Shown here one piece after another: positions 1 to 10,104 of a stretch of 64,000 nucleotides of DNA. Numbering within the stretch: position 1 is the first letter of the stretch; each line of letters opens with the position of its first letter. This stretch comes from a virus. A program made the position numbers and the translations under genes. A model generated the notes under the pieces. That model was not told the DNA's origin. It was given only the letters and a program-made list of their open reading frames with translations, and made no database searches. The DNA is taken from the IMG/VR virus record IMGVR_UViG_3300032069_000007, positions 16,288-80,287 of that record. One strand, 5' to 3'.

Positions 1-1
1 G

Positions 2-640
2 CTGGACGAAACCTCGCGGGCGTTCCATGCTTTCTCGATCTACCGGGACGGTGGTCCGCGCCGCACCCTCAAGGCCGTGGATGAGGCGTTACGACCAAGT
101 AGGCCACAAAGAGGCCATAAGGAGGCCACGGTTTCCGGTGTTGTTAAACGATGGAGTGCCAAGTACTGTTGGGTGGACCGCGCCAGGGCCTACGACAACC
201 ACGTAGACCAGGAGCGGAGAAGAATTCGCGAAGAACAGATACGCCAGACCGAAGAAGCGCACTTCAAGATCGGCGAAAAGGCGCTCGAGAAAGCAGGGCG
301 GTCGCTCGACGTCTACCAGCCAGCGACCGTTACGCTTCAACAGGAGTCCGATGAGGAAGGTAGGATTCAGCTCGTCCGCGTGGTGCGGGCCAAGATCACT
401 GCGCAGGGCATAGCGGCACTGATGAGGGCGGGAGTCGAAATCCAGCGGCTGGCCCTGGGTCTCGCTACGGGCAGGGAACATGATAGAGACGAGTATGTCG
501 AGCAGTTTGCTGGACAGCTTCAAAGACTTGCCAGCAAGCACGAAACTCCGAGTCCTCGCCCTCGCAGCAGCTCAGCCGACCCCGGCGCCGACCCCGGTCC
601 CGACGTTGACGGAGTGGACGCTCGCGCACCGGCTGATTAG
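2..640 (+). CDS. Terminase small subunit-like protein (5' partial)
   Basis: Frame is open from the window edge (LDETSRAFHAFSIYRDGGPRRTL...WSAKYCWVDRARAYD), a pattern typical of TerS-like proteins; lies directly upstream of TerL. Confidence 0.7.
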   Translation: MDETSRAFHAFSIYRDGGPRRTLKAVDEALRPSRPQRGHKEATVSGVVKRWSAKYCWVDRARAYDNHVDQERRRIREEQIRQTEEAHFKIGEKALEKAGRSLDVYQPATVTLQQESDEEGRIQLVRVVRAKITAQGIAALMRAGVEIQRLALGLATGREHDRDEYVEQFAGQLQRLASKHETPSPRPRSSSADPGADPGPDVDGVDARAPAD

Positions 641-2255
641 GGGCAGCGTCTTCTCATTCGACGGACACGAATACCTCCGCGAGATTTACAGCGCACTCGA
701 CGGCTGGTACGAAGACACCGACGTCGTGATCGAGAAGGCTGCTCAGATGGGCGCCTCTGAATGGGCCATATCTGCGGCCTTCTGGTTCGCCGACGTGGTT
801 CCGGGAACGCGCGTCATCTACTGGTTCCCTACGGACACCGACGTGGCTGACTTCTCGCGTGACCGGATCACGGCCGCTATTGCCGACAGCGAGCACCTAC
901 AGGAGATCGTGGGCGGCGGTCGTGCGATAGCCGAGGCCGCCAAACGTAGCCGCACCACGGGACCAGACGTCGACAATGTACACCTCAAGAGCGTCCGGTC
1001 GTCCCTGATCTACTTCCGAGGGATGTTTGCCAAGAGGCGCGCAAAGAGCATCCCGGCGGACTTCCTGATCTTCGACGAGCTTGACGAGGCGCCGCCAAAC
1101 AACCTGGCTCAGGCGCGGGAGAGAATGTCGCACAGCCCGTGGAAGTGGGTGGTCTCGCTGTCCACCCCTTCCCTGCCGGACTTTGGCATCGACGTGAGCT
1201 GGCGGCAGTCCGACCAGCGCTTCCTACACCTGGAGTGCGGTTGCCGGGAGGGGACAGTCCTCGAGGATAACTTTCCGGAGTGCATCGGGCTGAGCGGCGA
1301 CGGGCAGGACGTCTGGCTGCGCTGCCCCAAGTGCGGCAAGGAGCGGCTCGACCCGTGCTGGCTTGCGACCGTCGGCGAGTATGTTGGCTGGATCCCGCGC
1401 TATCCGGAGAAGAAGGCAAAGCGCGGTTACCACCTCTCGCAGCTTTTCTCGACGGCCATCTCTACCCGCGCGGTGTGGACCGAGTTCACCAGCCCCAAGG
1501 TCGACATCGCCGAGTTTCACAACTCGAAGCTCGGACTTCCCTATGCCGGCGACCGCGTTCCACTCACGCGCGAGCTGCTCGCACAATGCCACGGCGACTG
1601 GCCGCTTGCCGCGGTCGGGCAAGACGTCTGCATCGGCATAGACCAGGGAGATCAACTTCATATCGTCGTGACGAAGCCCGACTTCAATACCGGTCTCGTA
1701 CGCGTCCTCAACGCGCGTATCATAGAAGAACGCGACCCCTGGCCAGAGGCGTACCGGCTGATCGACAGCTACGTCAACGCCACGATCGTCATCGACGCGC
1801 TGCCGAACAAGGCAGACGCGCGCCGGCTGGTTGACCGGTACAAGGGCCGCGCTTGGATGTGCTACTACTCCGACCAGCAAAAAGATGTCATCAGCCAGGA
1901 CTCTGACGAAACGGATCCCGATCGCGGCTGCAAGGTCACGGCGCACAGAACCGAGACGCTCGACCGCGTTGTGGACGCCTTCAAGCGGACTGCCGCCGGC
2001 CTCAAGACGGGCATTGTCCTGCCGCACGCCTCAGTCCCGATCAACAAGCCGATCTACGATCACCTGTGCGCCCTCGCCAAGATCAAGCGCCCCAAGGTCA
2101 TCAGCATCGGCGGCACAACCCGCGAGACAGGCGAATACACCTACGTCTATATCGAAACCGGCCCCGACCATTTCGCCCACGCCATAAATTATAGTTGCGT
2201 GGCCCAAGCTCTGTACAGGCGACCCGACACCATCGAGTTCTGGGGTGCAGACTGA
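480..2255 (+). CDS. terL: Terminase large subunit (lambda gpA-like ATPase + nuclease)
   Basis: VIEKAAQMGASE (Walker A variant), LIFDELDE (Walker B), STP coupling motif, CxC...CPKC Zn site, IGIDQG nuclease motif, C-terminal DHFAHA. Confidence 0.92.
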   Translation: MIETSMSSSLLDSFKDLPASTKLRVLALAAAQPTPAPTPVPTLTEWTLAHRLIRGSVFSFDGHEYLREIYSALDGWYEDTDVVIEKAAQMGASEWAISAAFWFADVVPGTRVIYWFPTDTDVADFSRDRITAAIADSEHLQEIVGGGRAIAEAAKRSRTTGPDVDNVHLKSVRSSLIYFRGMFAKRRAKSIPADFLIFDELDEAPPNNLAQARERMSHSPWKWVVSLSTPSLPDFGIDVSWRQSDQRFLHLECGCREGTVLEDNFPECIGLSGDGQDVWLRCPKCGKERLDPCWLATVGEYVGWIPRYPEKKAKRGYHLSQLFSTAISTRAVWTEFTSPKVDIAEFHNSKLGLPYAGDRVPLTRELLAQCHGDWPLAAVGQDVCIGIDQGDQLHIVVTKPDFNTGLVRVLNARIIEERDPWPEAYRLIDSYVNATIVIDALPNKADARRLVDRYKGRAWMCYYSDQQKDVISQDSDETDPDRGCKVTAHRTETLDRVVDAFKRTAAGLKTGIVLPHASVPINKPIYDHLCALAKIKRPKVISIGGTTRETGEYTYVYIETGPDHFAHAINYSCVAQALYRRPDTIEFWGAD

Positions 2256-2272
2256 ATCTCGGACTCCGGGCC

Positions 2273-2302
2273 TTGACACATCGGCCTACGCCGTGATAAA
2301 GT
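2273..2302 (+). promoter_or_regulatory. sigma70/sigmaA-type promoter, probably leaderless transcript of the HNH gene
   Basis: TTGACA (2273-2278), 18-nt spacer, TGa-TAAAGT extended -10 (2294-2302); ATG 2309 follows after 6 nt with no SD. Confidence 0.75.
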
Positions 2303-2308
2303 ATTGGT

Positions 2309-2974
2309 ATGACAGTCGAGAGCATTGTATTCAATGGCATAACATTCAGGCGATACCCAAACTCAAGCAAAAGAACGGACAGGGTATACTACTGTCCTGG
2401 GTCGGGTGAGAGAGCACGAGGCGTTCAGCGCCTGCACGAAGAGATCTGGAAGGCCCATAACGGTCCGATTCCGCAAGGATGCCATATCCACCACACGGAC
2501 GGCAATCCGCTGAACAATGAGTTGGCAAACTTGGCGTGCATCCCGGCAACACAACATCGAGAATTGCACTTAAAGGCGCTGAGTGCGCGTAGTCGCTCCC
2601 CAGAGAACGTGGCTTTCTTGAAGCGGATTCAGCCACTAAGTGCGGCTTGGCACAGGACGTCTGAAGGTCAGGCATGGCACAAGGAGAACGGCAAGCGAGC
2701 CTGGGCGCGGCGACAACCTGTATCGAGGGTTTGCGACTATTGCGGCAAGACCTACATGTCGCTTGCGAGGCGTAAGTCCGACCGGTTCTGCTCGAAACGC
2801 TGCCTTTCCGCGGAGCGCCGTCAGGCTGGGATTGACAATGAATCTAGGATGTGCGCCAACTGCGGACTGCCTTTCCTGGCGAACAAATACAAAAGGACGC
2901 GGACGTGTTCCCGCACTTGCGCTTGGGTCCTTCGCCGCCTGAACGGTAAAACCGTTTCCCCCACCTCCTCATGA
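2309..2974 (+). CDS. Free-standing HNH homing endonuclease with C-terminal Zn ribbons
   Basis: LHEEIW...HIHHTDGNPLNNELANL HNH motif; CDYCG...CSKRC and CANCG...CSRTC. Confidence 0.9.
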   Translation: MTVESIVFNGITFRRYPNSSKRTDRVYYCPGSGERARGVQRLHEEIWKAHNGPIPQGCHIHHTDGNPLNNELANLACIPATQHRELHLKALSARSRSPENVAFLKRIQPLSAAWHRTSEGQAWHKENGKRAWARRQPVSRVCDYCGKTYMSLARRKSDRFCSKRCLSAERRQAGIDNESRMCANCGLPFLANKYKRTRTCSRTCAWVLRRLNGKTVSPTSS

Positions 2975-2990
2975 TCCGCCTCTGACCCCC

Positions 2991-3012
2991 TGCGGCACTT
3001 TAGCAGTGTAAG
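2991..3012 (+). promoter_or_regulatory. Conserved intergenic motif, copy 1 (candidate phage late promoter)
   Basis: TGCGGCACTTTAGCAGTGTAAG, identical to 7218-7239; upstream of GGAGG SD and GTG 3034. Confidence 0.75.
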
Positions 3013-3033
3013 CTAACTCTTTGGAGGATACAA

Positions 3034-3408
3034 GTGCAACGAGTAACCGGAGCCGGCCTGCGGCGAGCTGCGGCGAGCCGAGTGGTTTCCTTTGCTAGTG
3101 TCGTGACTGCCACCTTCCAGGTGCCAGCGGGATGCAACCATATCTCCCTCCAGCCCCAACTCCTCTCCAACGGCACTGCGCGCGTGCTCTACTCGCCCTC
3201 GTCGAGCGCGCCAACGGCGACTGCGAACGACGGCGCTATGGCGCATGAGGAGCTTTGGTCGGATAGCGTGACGCCCGGTCAGTTTGTCACCCTTCGGCTT
3301 GTCAAGGCCGCTGATTATACCGATCAGACGGGCGGCGCCGCCGACCAGACCGTGGTCGGATTCTACAGCGACCTGGCCGGCCGCAGCACCGGCGCGCCGA
3401 GCCCGTAG
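3034..3408 (+). CDS. Hypothetical virion protein
   Basis: GGAGG SD; follows the conserved motif; beta-rich composition. Confidence 0.65.
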   Translation: MQRVTGAGLRRAAASRVVSFASVVTATFQVPAGCNHISLQPQLLSNGTARVLYSPSSSAPTATANDGAMAHEELWSDSVTPGQFVTLRLVKAADYTDQTGGAADQTVVGFYSDLAGRSTGAPSP

Positions 3409-3417
3409 GAGCCCAAG

Positions 3418-3861
3418 ATGGCGATCACAGTTGAGGAGAAAAAGCCCCTGGGGACCGCCACGGGGCTTCCGAACGCCGATTCGGTCAGTGCCGGGAAGCT
3501 CGCGGGGCCTCTTGCGGCCCTGATCGAGGGCGCTCCCGCTATCAGCCAATCCGGAAACGACTACACGATCCAGCTCAAGGATGCGAAGGGCGTCAACATA
3601 GCCGGAAACTGGTTGGCCCGCATCTGGTGGTCTGACGTTGCCGCAGGTGCGGTGACTGCGGCGACGATCACGAACGCTGCCGTCTCCGGCGTGCGCCTGC
3701 GCGTCATCACCGGGACGGGCGACGCAAACTGCCGCGACATGGAGTGGGTCTCGACCTCCGGAGGCGTGGCCAAGTTCACGGCCACTGGTTCCGGAACCAA
3801 CTGGCTGAACGTGGCCTGCCAGGGCAACGTGTACAGCGCGCAGTTCACCCTGGGGAGCTGA
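3418..3861 (+). CDS. Virion protein with Ig-like domain
   Basis: AGGAG SD; QLKDAKG...WWSD...WLNVA segment is paralogous to the N-terminus of the next gene. Confidence 0.7.
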   Translation: MAITVEEKKPLGTATGLPNADSVSAGKLAGPLAALIEGAPAISQSGNDYTIQLKDAKGVNIAGNWLARIWWSDVAAGAVTAATITNAAVSGVRLRVITGTGDANCRDMEWVSTSGGVAKFTATGSGTNWLNVACQGNVYSAQFTLGS

Positions 3862-3863
3862 AG

Positions 3864-6800
3864 ATGTTTAAGGGTACACGTGCTCGCGGCGGCGGAGTAA
3901 TCCCGACGGATGCGTCGGTCACTGTCGCAAAGCTGACCGCCGACGTGGTCGACGCGATCGTAGGCACGCCGGACCTCACCGTTTACGGCAACGAAGCGTC
4001 AACCCTCGAGGTCGTTTGCCAGCTCAAGGATGCGTCAGGCAACAATCTCACGCGCAAGACCGTCCTCCGCGCCTGGCTCTCGGACTCACCGGCCGCAGGT
4101 GTCACGACGGCCGCGGACTTCACCGCGTGCTGGGATCCCGCCGCGCTCGAAACGATTGTGGCCAACAAGGATTGGGACGTCCTCACAGACGCGAGCGGCA
4201 AGGCGACTGTGACCGTTAGCAAGGTCGGGAACGCCGTTACCCTCTACCTCAACGTCGCGATCGAGGAGCAAATCACCTCTGTCGAGTTCACAGTTGGCTC
4301 GGCAGTCGAAAGCGTTGGGCAGTATGGTCTCTTCGAGATCGCCCCCACGGTTGAGACCGCTTCCGTCTATCCTTACTGGCCGTACGATACCTCCCCGAAC
4401 GGCAACATCCCTGCCGGCGTCGGCGTCAGCATCGACGGCCTGTTCTCGAACGATAACTGGCAGACTTACGTCGTGCAGCCCGGGTTCTACTTCCAGGATT
4501 ACACGCACGAGACGAAGTACGACGGTGTCAATCCATACGACTGGATGTACCCCTCCGGCGAGCCCGGCTGGAGAATCAGGTTTACCCCGACCACGGTTGG
4601 GACCTGGAAGTACAAGGTCAGGGTTAAGGACGCGGCTCACCCCGCCGGGGTGCTGAGCGACGAAAAGTCCTTCTACTGCCGGGCCAGCAGCAACCACGGC
4701 TTCATCAAGGTCAGCGCCAGCGACTGGCGCTATTTTGAGACCTCCGACGGCGCGTACGTCAATTTCATGGGCCTCTCTTATTGTCCGGGCACGCAGGATT
4801 TCAAGAAGGCACTTTTTGAGAAGTACGGTGCCAATCGAATAAACCTGGTTCGACCGTGGTGGGAGGGTTCTCAGGGCCCAGTCCTGTTCGGACTGAGCGG
4901 GCAGAATCTGGACATGGGCGAGTGGCAGGGCGATCCGAGCGACGATGTCAGCGTCGACTATGCCGAGGCCAGAAGCGGGGAGATATTCTCCGGCAAGATA
5001 GTCGCCAACGCGACGGCCTTTATCAAGGCGCACGTAAAGCCGTCAACGACGTATAGATATGCGGCGTGGGTCAAGGCCGTGGGGGTCACTGGAACGGGAA
5101 CGTATGGGGTCTATCTCGAACCGGAGGCTACCCCCCTGGGAGATGCGGTTCATCCTACAGACTGGACGGAAATCTCGGGCAGCTTCACAACCGGCCCGAC
5201 GACCTATCTGCTAAACTGGGTCAAGCTCATAATGGCCAACACGACTGCCGGCGCAATCCACTTCACAGATGTCTCGCTGAAGGAAGATCTCGGCGGCGGC
5301 ACCTATGGCCCGGAGTTACTCAACGTGCCCAGCTTCAATAAGCAGACGTACATCTCCCAGAGGGAATCGTGGAAAGCAGACCAGGACGTAGAAGTCGCCA
5401 GGACGAACGGCGTTTACCTCAAGGTCGTGCTGCAGTGCAAACAGGATCGCATCTTCGGCAGCATTGCACCCAGCGGCGCAGGACAGGCGTTTGACCAGAG
5501 CGGCGTCACTGTCTATGCCAGCGACAGCCATGCAGGTCGCACGTACCAGCAGTATTACTGGCGCTATATCATCGCCCGGTACGGTTACGCCACAAATATC
5601 CACTCCTTCGAATTCTGCAACGAGGGAGACGGATTCCTGGCGAGCTGTATTGCTGCGGTCGAGGCGTTTGCCTCCTACTTCCACAACAACGACCCGAACG
5701 ACCACCTCTGCACGACCAGCAACTGGGGCAGCGCTTTCCCCACGACGGAGATGTGGTCGGCTTTGGTAACACCGCACGTCGGGTATATGGATCGCCATCA
5801 GTACGTCGGCAAAGGCGCCGACCCGCCGCTTCAGTATGAGTACGGCTGGCACGACGACGGACATGGGGGGCTGGGAGACCTGCGGGACGCCGCGCAGTAC
5901 AGGAGCTCGCCATACAGCCTCCACTTTGCAAAGTCGGAGGTTGACGGCAGCAACAGGACTATAAAAGCCTGGCCGATCCCGGTTACTCCTGGCCACGATT
6001 ACACGCTCAGTTGGTGGCTAAAGGGTATAGATCTGACGCTATGCCCAGGCGTCAGTCAGGATTGGCAGTTCCCCAGCATCATAATTCACTGGGTCACCGG
6101 CTGGCAGTGCTGCTATACCGGCGATATGATACAGCCATCCGGGCCGAGCAAGCTGATCGGCACATTTGACTGGACTCACAGGACCATCCCCAACACGCAG
6201 CAGGGCGAGACGACGTTCACCGCCCCGAGCGATGCCCACTACATAGAACTCATACTCAGCCTTGGCTATCTGCTCGGCGACGTCTGGTTCGACGATGTGA
6301 CCTTGTTCGACGAGACGGACCAGGTGGCGGTCGAGATCCCAAACGGCAATTTCGATCAACCCAGCGGTACGCGGATGGAGTACGACACGGCACTCTGCCA
6401 CTACTCTGTCGGAGGGGAACTCGGGTACGGAACCCGGAGGCAAGTCCACAAGCCGATGACGCGGGGAGAGTTCGCCATAACCGATGGGGTCGGCGATCAC
6501 GACGAATTGGTTAACGACAGTGAGGGAGTCTGGTTCAGGAAACTCGTCTGGGCGCACATCAACGCCTTCGGCGTGATCGATATGTACTGGTATCCGCAGA
6601 ACCTGGATGCATACAACCTCCACTACTACGTCAAGGCATATCAGGCGTTTATGGCCGGCATTCCGCTCTCCAATGGCCACTATGAGGACATCGCCGCCAC
6701 CATCTCAGGCTCGGCAGCGCTCAGGGTCTTCGGACAGAAGGACCTTACGAACAACCAGCTCCACCTCTGGATTGACAACGCGAACGACACCTGGAAGAAC

Positions 6801-7013
6801 GTCGTGGACAAGGTAGAGATCCCGCCGGCGTCCGGCCAAGTCCAGATCCCAGTGATCGACGACGGGTTTTACTACGCGGACGTGTACGACCCTGCTACGG
6901 GCGAAATCACAGGTCGCCTAGATGGCGTATACAACAATGGCCTGCTCACCCTCCAGGTGACCGACCTCATGACCGACATCGCCTACAGAATCTACTTAAC
7001 GCCGAAAACCTAG
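3864..7013 (+). CDS. Large virion-associated glycoside hydrolase-like protein (Ig-like + DUF5060-like + GH-A clan barrel with CBM-like inserts)
   Basis: ATG 3864 preferred; PGFYFQDY...WRIRFTPTTVGTWKY (DUF5060-like); FEFCNEG and RGEF candidate catalytic Glu motifs; two CBM4_9-like segments (VKPSTTYRYAAWVK..FTDVSL; VTPGHDYTLSWWLK..VWFDDVTL). Confidence 0.7.
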   Translation: MFKGTRARGGGVIPTDASVTVAKLTADVVDAIVGTPDLTVYGNEASTLEVVCQLKDASGNNLTRKTVLRAWLSDSPAAGVTTAADFTACWDPAALETIVANKDWDVLTDASGKATVTVSKVGNAVTLYLNVAIEEQITSVEFTVGSAVESVGQYGLFEIAPTVETASVYPYWPYDTSPNGNIPAGVGVSIDGLFSNDNWQTYVVQPGFYFQDYTHETKYDGVNPYDWMYPSGEPGWRIRFTPTTVGTWKYKVRVKDAAHPAGVLSDEKSFYCRASSNHGFIKVSASDWRYFETSDGAYVNFMGLSYCPGTQDFKKALFEKYGANRINLVRPWWEGSQGPVLFGLSGQNLDMGEWQGDPSDDVSVDYAEARSGEIFSGKIVANATAFIKAHVKPSTTYRYAAWVKAVGVTGTGTYGVYLEPEATPLGDAVHPTDWTEISGSFTTGPTTYLLNWVKLIMANTTAGAIHFTDVSLKEDLGGGTYGPELLNVPSFNKQTYISQRESWKADQDVEVARTNGVYLKVVLQCKQDRIFGSIAPSGAGQAFDQSGVTVYASDSHAGRTYQQYYWRYIIARYGYATNIHSFEFCNEGDGFLASCIAAVEAFASYFHNNDPNDHLCTTSNWGSAFPTTEMWSALVTPHVGYMDRHQYVGKGADPPLQYEYGWHDDGHGGLGDLRDAAQYRSSPYSLHFAKSEVDGSNRTIKAWPIPVTPGHDYTLSWWLKGIDLTLCPGVSQDWQFPSIIIHWVTGWQCCYTGDMIQPSGPSKLIGTFDWTHRTIPNTQQGETTFTAPSDAHYIELILSLGYLLGDVWFDDVTLFDETDQVAVEIPNGNFDQPSGTRMEYDTALCHYSVGGELGYGTRRQVHKPMTRGEFAITDGVGDHDELVNDSEGVWFRKLVWAHINAFGVIDMYWYPQNLDAYNLHYYVKAYQAFMAGIPLSNGHYEDIAATISGSAALRVFGQKDLTNNQLHLWIDNANDTWKNVVDKVEIPPASGQVQIPVIDDGFYYADVYDPATGEITGRLDGVYNNGLLTLQVTDLMTDIAYRIYLTPKT

Positions 7014-7039
7014 CATAGGGACTCGAGCGGCCGACCTCG

Positions 7040-7081
7040 TGACGCATCCTCAGTGCGTCATGACGCATCCTCTCTGCGTGC
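7040..7081. repeat. Tandem 21-bp direct repeat, each unit with dyad symmetry
   Basis: TGACGCATCCTCAGTGCGTCA / TGACGCATCCTCTCTGCGTGC; the junction forms the palindrome TGCGTCATGACGCA. Confidence 0.7.
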
Positions 7082-7217
7082 TTCTGGATCACGCAGTGGC
7101 CGCGTCCCTGATCCTCGCCTTGATCTCCTCGGCCTCAGCCTGTCCACAGCCGTTTCCACCGCCCAACAGGACGCTCCAGGTCGGCTCCTTCCAGGTCTAT
7201 CTTCGGCCCCAACTCCG

Positions 7218-7239
7218 TGCGGCACTTTAGCAGTGTAAG
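7218..7239 (+). promoter_or_regulatory. Conserved motif, copy 2, upstream of portal
   Basis: TGCGGCACTTTAGCAGTGTAAG. Confidence 0.75.
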
Positions 7240-7256
7240 GCGAAAGGGCGCACGGC

Positions 7257-9107
7257 ATGGGGCTCAGGCAACGACTCGCGGGCGCGTGGCACGCGCTCGT
7301 TGGGGGCGAACCACAAATCACGCAGTTCATGACACCCGACGTCCAGCAGGCACTGGCGTCGCCTGAGCACGTCAGTCTCCTGTCGGCGGTATCTGAGATC
7401 GTGCCGACCCTCTTGCCGGATGTCGTCAAAGCCCTCCGCGGGCGCGATCCCCACTTCAAGCAGCTCACTGAGTTCGACTACGTCGGCCTCTACCAGGGAG
7501 TCCGCGAGCCATTCCAGATCACGACCCTGACCTTTGACCTCTTGCGCCAGGTCTCGGAGAAGTGCCCGCCAGTCGCGGCCGTCATCCTGACCCGCGCAAA
7601 CCAGGTCGCCAGCTTTGCCCAGTTGCCGGACTCCAAGACCGATTCCGGCTTCAGGGTAGCGCTCCGGGAGCCCGAGGCAAAACCTTCCGCAGAGGACAAG
7701 CAGCGGATGCGCGCGCTCGAGGACGCCATCCTCGTGTGCGGCTTTACGCCAGGTGATGCATCCCGCGACGAGTATCCCGAATATACGAACTTCGAGCAGA
7801 TGGTGCGAGCAGTCGTGCGAGACACGCTGACGCTCGACGCGATCTGCCTTGAAACGATCCCGGGCAGGAACGCGAAGGCGTATCCCGTCGTTCGCTGGTT
7901 TCCAGTCGATGCCGCAGAGATCCGGCTGACGAGGCCGGAGACGTACAGATCGACCCGCCAGCAGCAAGGCGATGCAGATCGGGTCATCCGGTATGTCCAG
8001 ATGCGCGACGGCCGCCTCCTGTCCGAGTTTACGGCACAGGAGCTTTACTATTACAGGCGCAACCCATGCACCAACGTCCGGCGCGAGGGATACGGCACAT
8101 CAGAGCTCGAGATACTGATCGGGGTCGTGACCGCGATCCTGTATGCGCTCGACTACAACCGCAGCTACTTCCATCGCGGCAGCGTCCCGCCCGGGATCCT
8201 CTCGCTAATCGGAAACTACTCAGACGAGCAGCTCCTGGAGTTCCGCCGACAGTGGCACGCGATGTGCCGGGGGGTCGGGAACTGGTGGAACGTGCCAGTC
8301 TTCGGCACGAGGGAGGGACAAGGCGCGGTCTGGACTCCGCTCAGAGCGACCTCGCGCGATATGGAGTACCACATGTGGCTCGCGTTCCTCATTACGATCA
8401 CGTGTTCCGTATTCTCCATCCATCCGGAGGAGATCGGCATGCAGGCGTGGTCGCCCCAGAGCCGGGCGCCCCTTTCCGAACCATCGCCCGTTGCCCGGCT
8501 CCAGCAGAGTCAGGACAAGGGGCTGGTCCCCCTTCTCAAGAGCGTGCAGACGCTGATGAACGAGGCCATAGTGTGGCGGATCGAGCCCCGCTTCATCTTC
8601 AAATGGGTCAACATCGACGACTTCGACGAGGAGCGAGACGTCCGACTCCGCCAACAGCGCCTCGCTGCAGGACTGAGCACAGTAAATGAAGAGCGCGCCG
8701 AAATGGACCTCGAGCCGTTCCCCAAGGACAAGTTCTACGGCGACGTGCCGCTGAACCCGATCTCCTTCCAGCTCTTCCAGATGTCGCCAGAGGCGCAAGA
8801 GGTGCAAGCACGCGCCCAGCAAATGATGGGCGGACCGCAGATGCCCCAGCAGGGCCAGGAAGAGGAAGAAGAGCAGCCCGGTGCCGACGAGATGCACGCC
8901 ATCCTGGGCGGTGGGAAGGAACTGGCGCCGCCGGCCCCTCAGCAGGGCCAGAAGGTGCCCGGGGGCGGAGTGCCGCCGGGTGCTGGTTTGCGAGGAAAAC
9001 AGATGCCGATCCAGCGGAGCCTGGCCGGGCCCAAGCGCAGGCTGTACAAAGCAGACCGTGACTATCGGATTTTCGAGGTAGTCGTTGATGACGAGGAGGA
9101 AAATTAG
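7257..9107 (+). CDS. Portal protein
   Basis: DTLTLDAICLE, PVDAAEIR, GYGTSELE, YNRSYFHRGSVPPGIL, DMEY, FSIHPEEIG, GLSTVNEERAEMDLEP are typical phage portal motifs. Confidence 0.93.
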   Translation: MGLRQRLAGAWHALVGGEPQITQFMTPDVQQALASPEHVSLLSAVSEIVPTLLPDVVKALRGRDPHFKQLTEFDYVGLYQGVREPFQITTLTFDLLRQVSEKCPPVAAVILTRANQVASFAQLPDSKTDSGFRVALREPEAKPSAEDKQRMRALEDAILVCGFTPGDASRDEYPEYTNFEQMVRAVVRDTLTLDAICLETIPGRNAKAYPVVRWFPVDAAEIRLTRPETYRSTRQQQGDADRVIRYVQMRDGRLLSEFTAQELYYYRRNPCTNVRREGYGTSELEILIGVVTAILYALDYNRSYFHRGSVPPGILSLIGNYSDEQLLEFRRQWHAMCRGVGNWWNVPVFGTREGQGAVWTPLRATSRDMEYHMWLAFLITITCSVFSIHPEEIGMQAWSPQSRAPLSEPSPVARLQQSQDKGLVPLLKSVQTLMNEAIVWRIEPRFIFKWVNIDDFDEERDVRLRQQRLAAGLSTVNEERAEMDLEPFPKDKFYGDVPLNPISFQLFQMSPEAQEVQARAQQMMGGPQMPQQGQEEEEEQPGADEMHAILGGGKELAPPAPQQGQKVPGGGVPPGAGLRGKQMPIQRSLAGPKRRLYKADRDYRIFEVVVDDEEEN

Positions 9108-10100
9108 ATGGCTGTAGAAGCCCAAGTGAAGTTAATCACGGATCGGGTAGCAGCGGGCCGGCAACTCGCCCGATCAAACTACGTTGATGGGCCGGGCGGC
9201 GACTTCTGGGCGTTGGTGGACGCCGCGCAGGATGAGACGTTCGAGAACCGCGTGAAGGGCACTAGCCTGACCGCCCTCGACTCGCGCCTGGCGCAGGGCA
9301 CGGACTGGTCAACGTCCGAACTCAGAACGATATTCGAGAACATGCGGGCCTACTTCCGGGACGACCTCGGGATAGCGCCGATCAGCAACAGCCATTTCGC
9401 AGGCTGGCTCAGGACCTACCTCCCTGCGCAGAGCGTTCCGGGCGGCCACTGGCGCGTCCCCTGGGACTGTGCAGAGGCGCTCGTGGAGGCGCTTGGAGCA
9501 TCCGACAAGTTGCCCGCATATTGCGTGTTCCCAAAGGGGACCCGGATCGACACAGGCAACCCGGCCAACGCTAAAATGCACCAGTTCGGCAGCCTTGACG
9601 CAAGCGGCGTGTGGACGGTCGTGGACGGCGCACTCGACAGCACGAAGATTGTCGGCGCGGGCGTCTGGGTTATCGCACTGGACGCCAACGACCTCCAGGC
9701 GATCTGGCGCTGTGTCTGCCAGAACGGGATAGACTACAAGGATATCGAGATCAGTTGGGCGATCACTCAGCAGTGGTCAAGGCGGCTCGCGGGCGCGCAG
9801 GCGCTCGCAGCCAATGCGACCGTTGGGGCCACGACCATCCAGGTTGCCTCGACTGCCAACTTCACCGTCGCCGACTACATACTGCTCTACAAGTCCGACG
9901 CGGTGCAGGAGGTCGTCCAGGTGAAGGCCCTGCTGACCGGTCCCGTGCGCCTTGAGTTGGAAACGCCCATCGTGAACGCCTACGCCATAACCGTGGACCA
10001 GGCGATCCCGCTGTTTACCAACGTGAGCTTGCAGACAAGAGAGCTGGGCACCGGGGCTGCGGGCCTATATGCCTACCCGGACAGAATCATCGCACTATAA
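9108..10100 (+). CDS. Hypothetical virion protein
   Basis: GAGGAGG SD; directly after portal; short similarity to 46458..47306. Confidence 0.7.
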   Translation: MAVEAQVKLITDRVAAGRQLARSNYVDGPGGDFWALVDAAQDETFENRVKGTSLTALDSRLAQGTDWSTSELRTIFENMRAYFRDDLGIAPISNSHFAGWLRTYLPAQSVPGGHWRVPWDCAEALVEALGASDKLPAYCVFPKGTRIDTGNPANAKMHQFGSLDASGVWTVVDGALDSTKIVGAGVWVIALDANDLQAIWRCVCQNGIDYKDIEISWAITQQWSRRLAGAQALAANATVGATTIQVASTANFTVADYILLYKSDAVQEVVQVKALLTGPVRLELETPIVNAYAITVDQAIPLFTNVSLQTRELGTGAAGLYAYPDRIIAL

Positions 10101-10104
10101 CGGC

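Noticed and set aside
2991-3012. Late motif as a sigma54 promoter (CGGCAC resembles the -24 box)
   Set aside because: The required GG-N10-GC spacing is absent (GG-N10-GT here)
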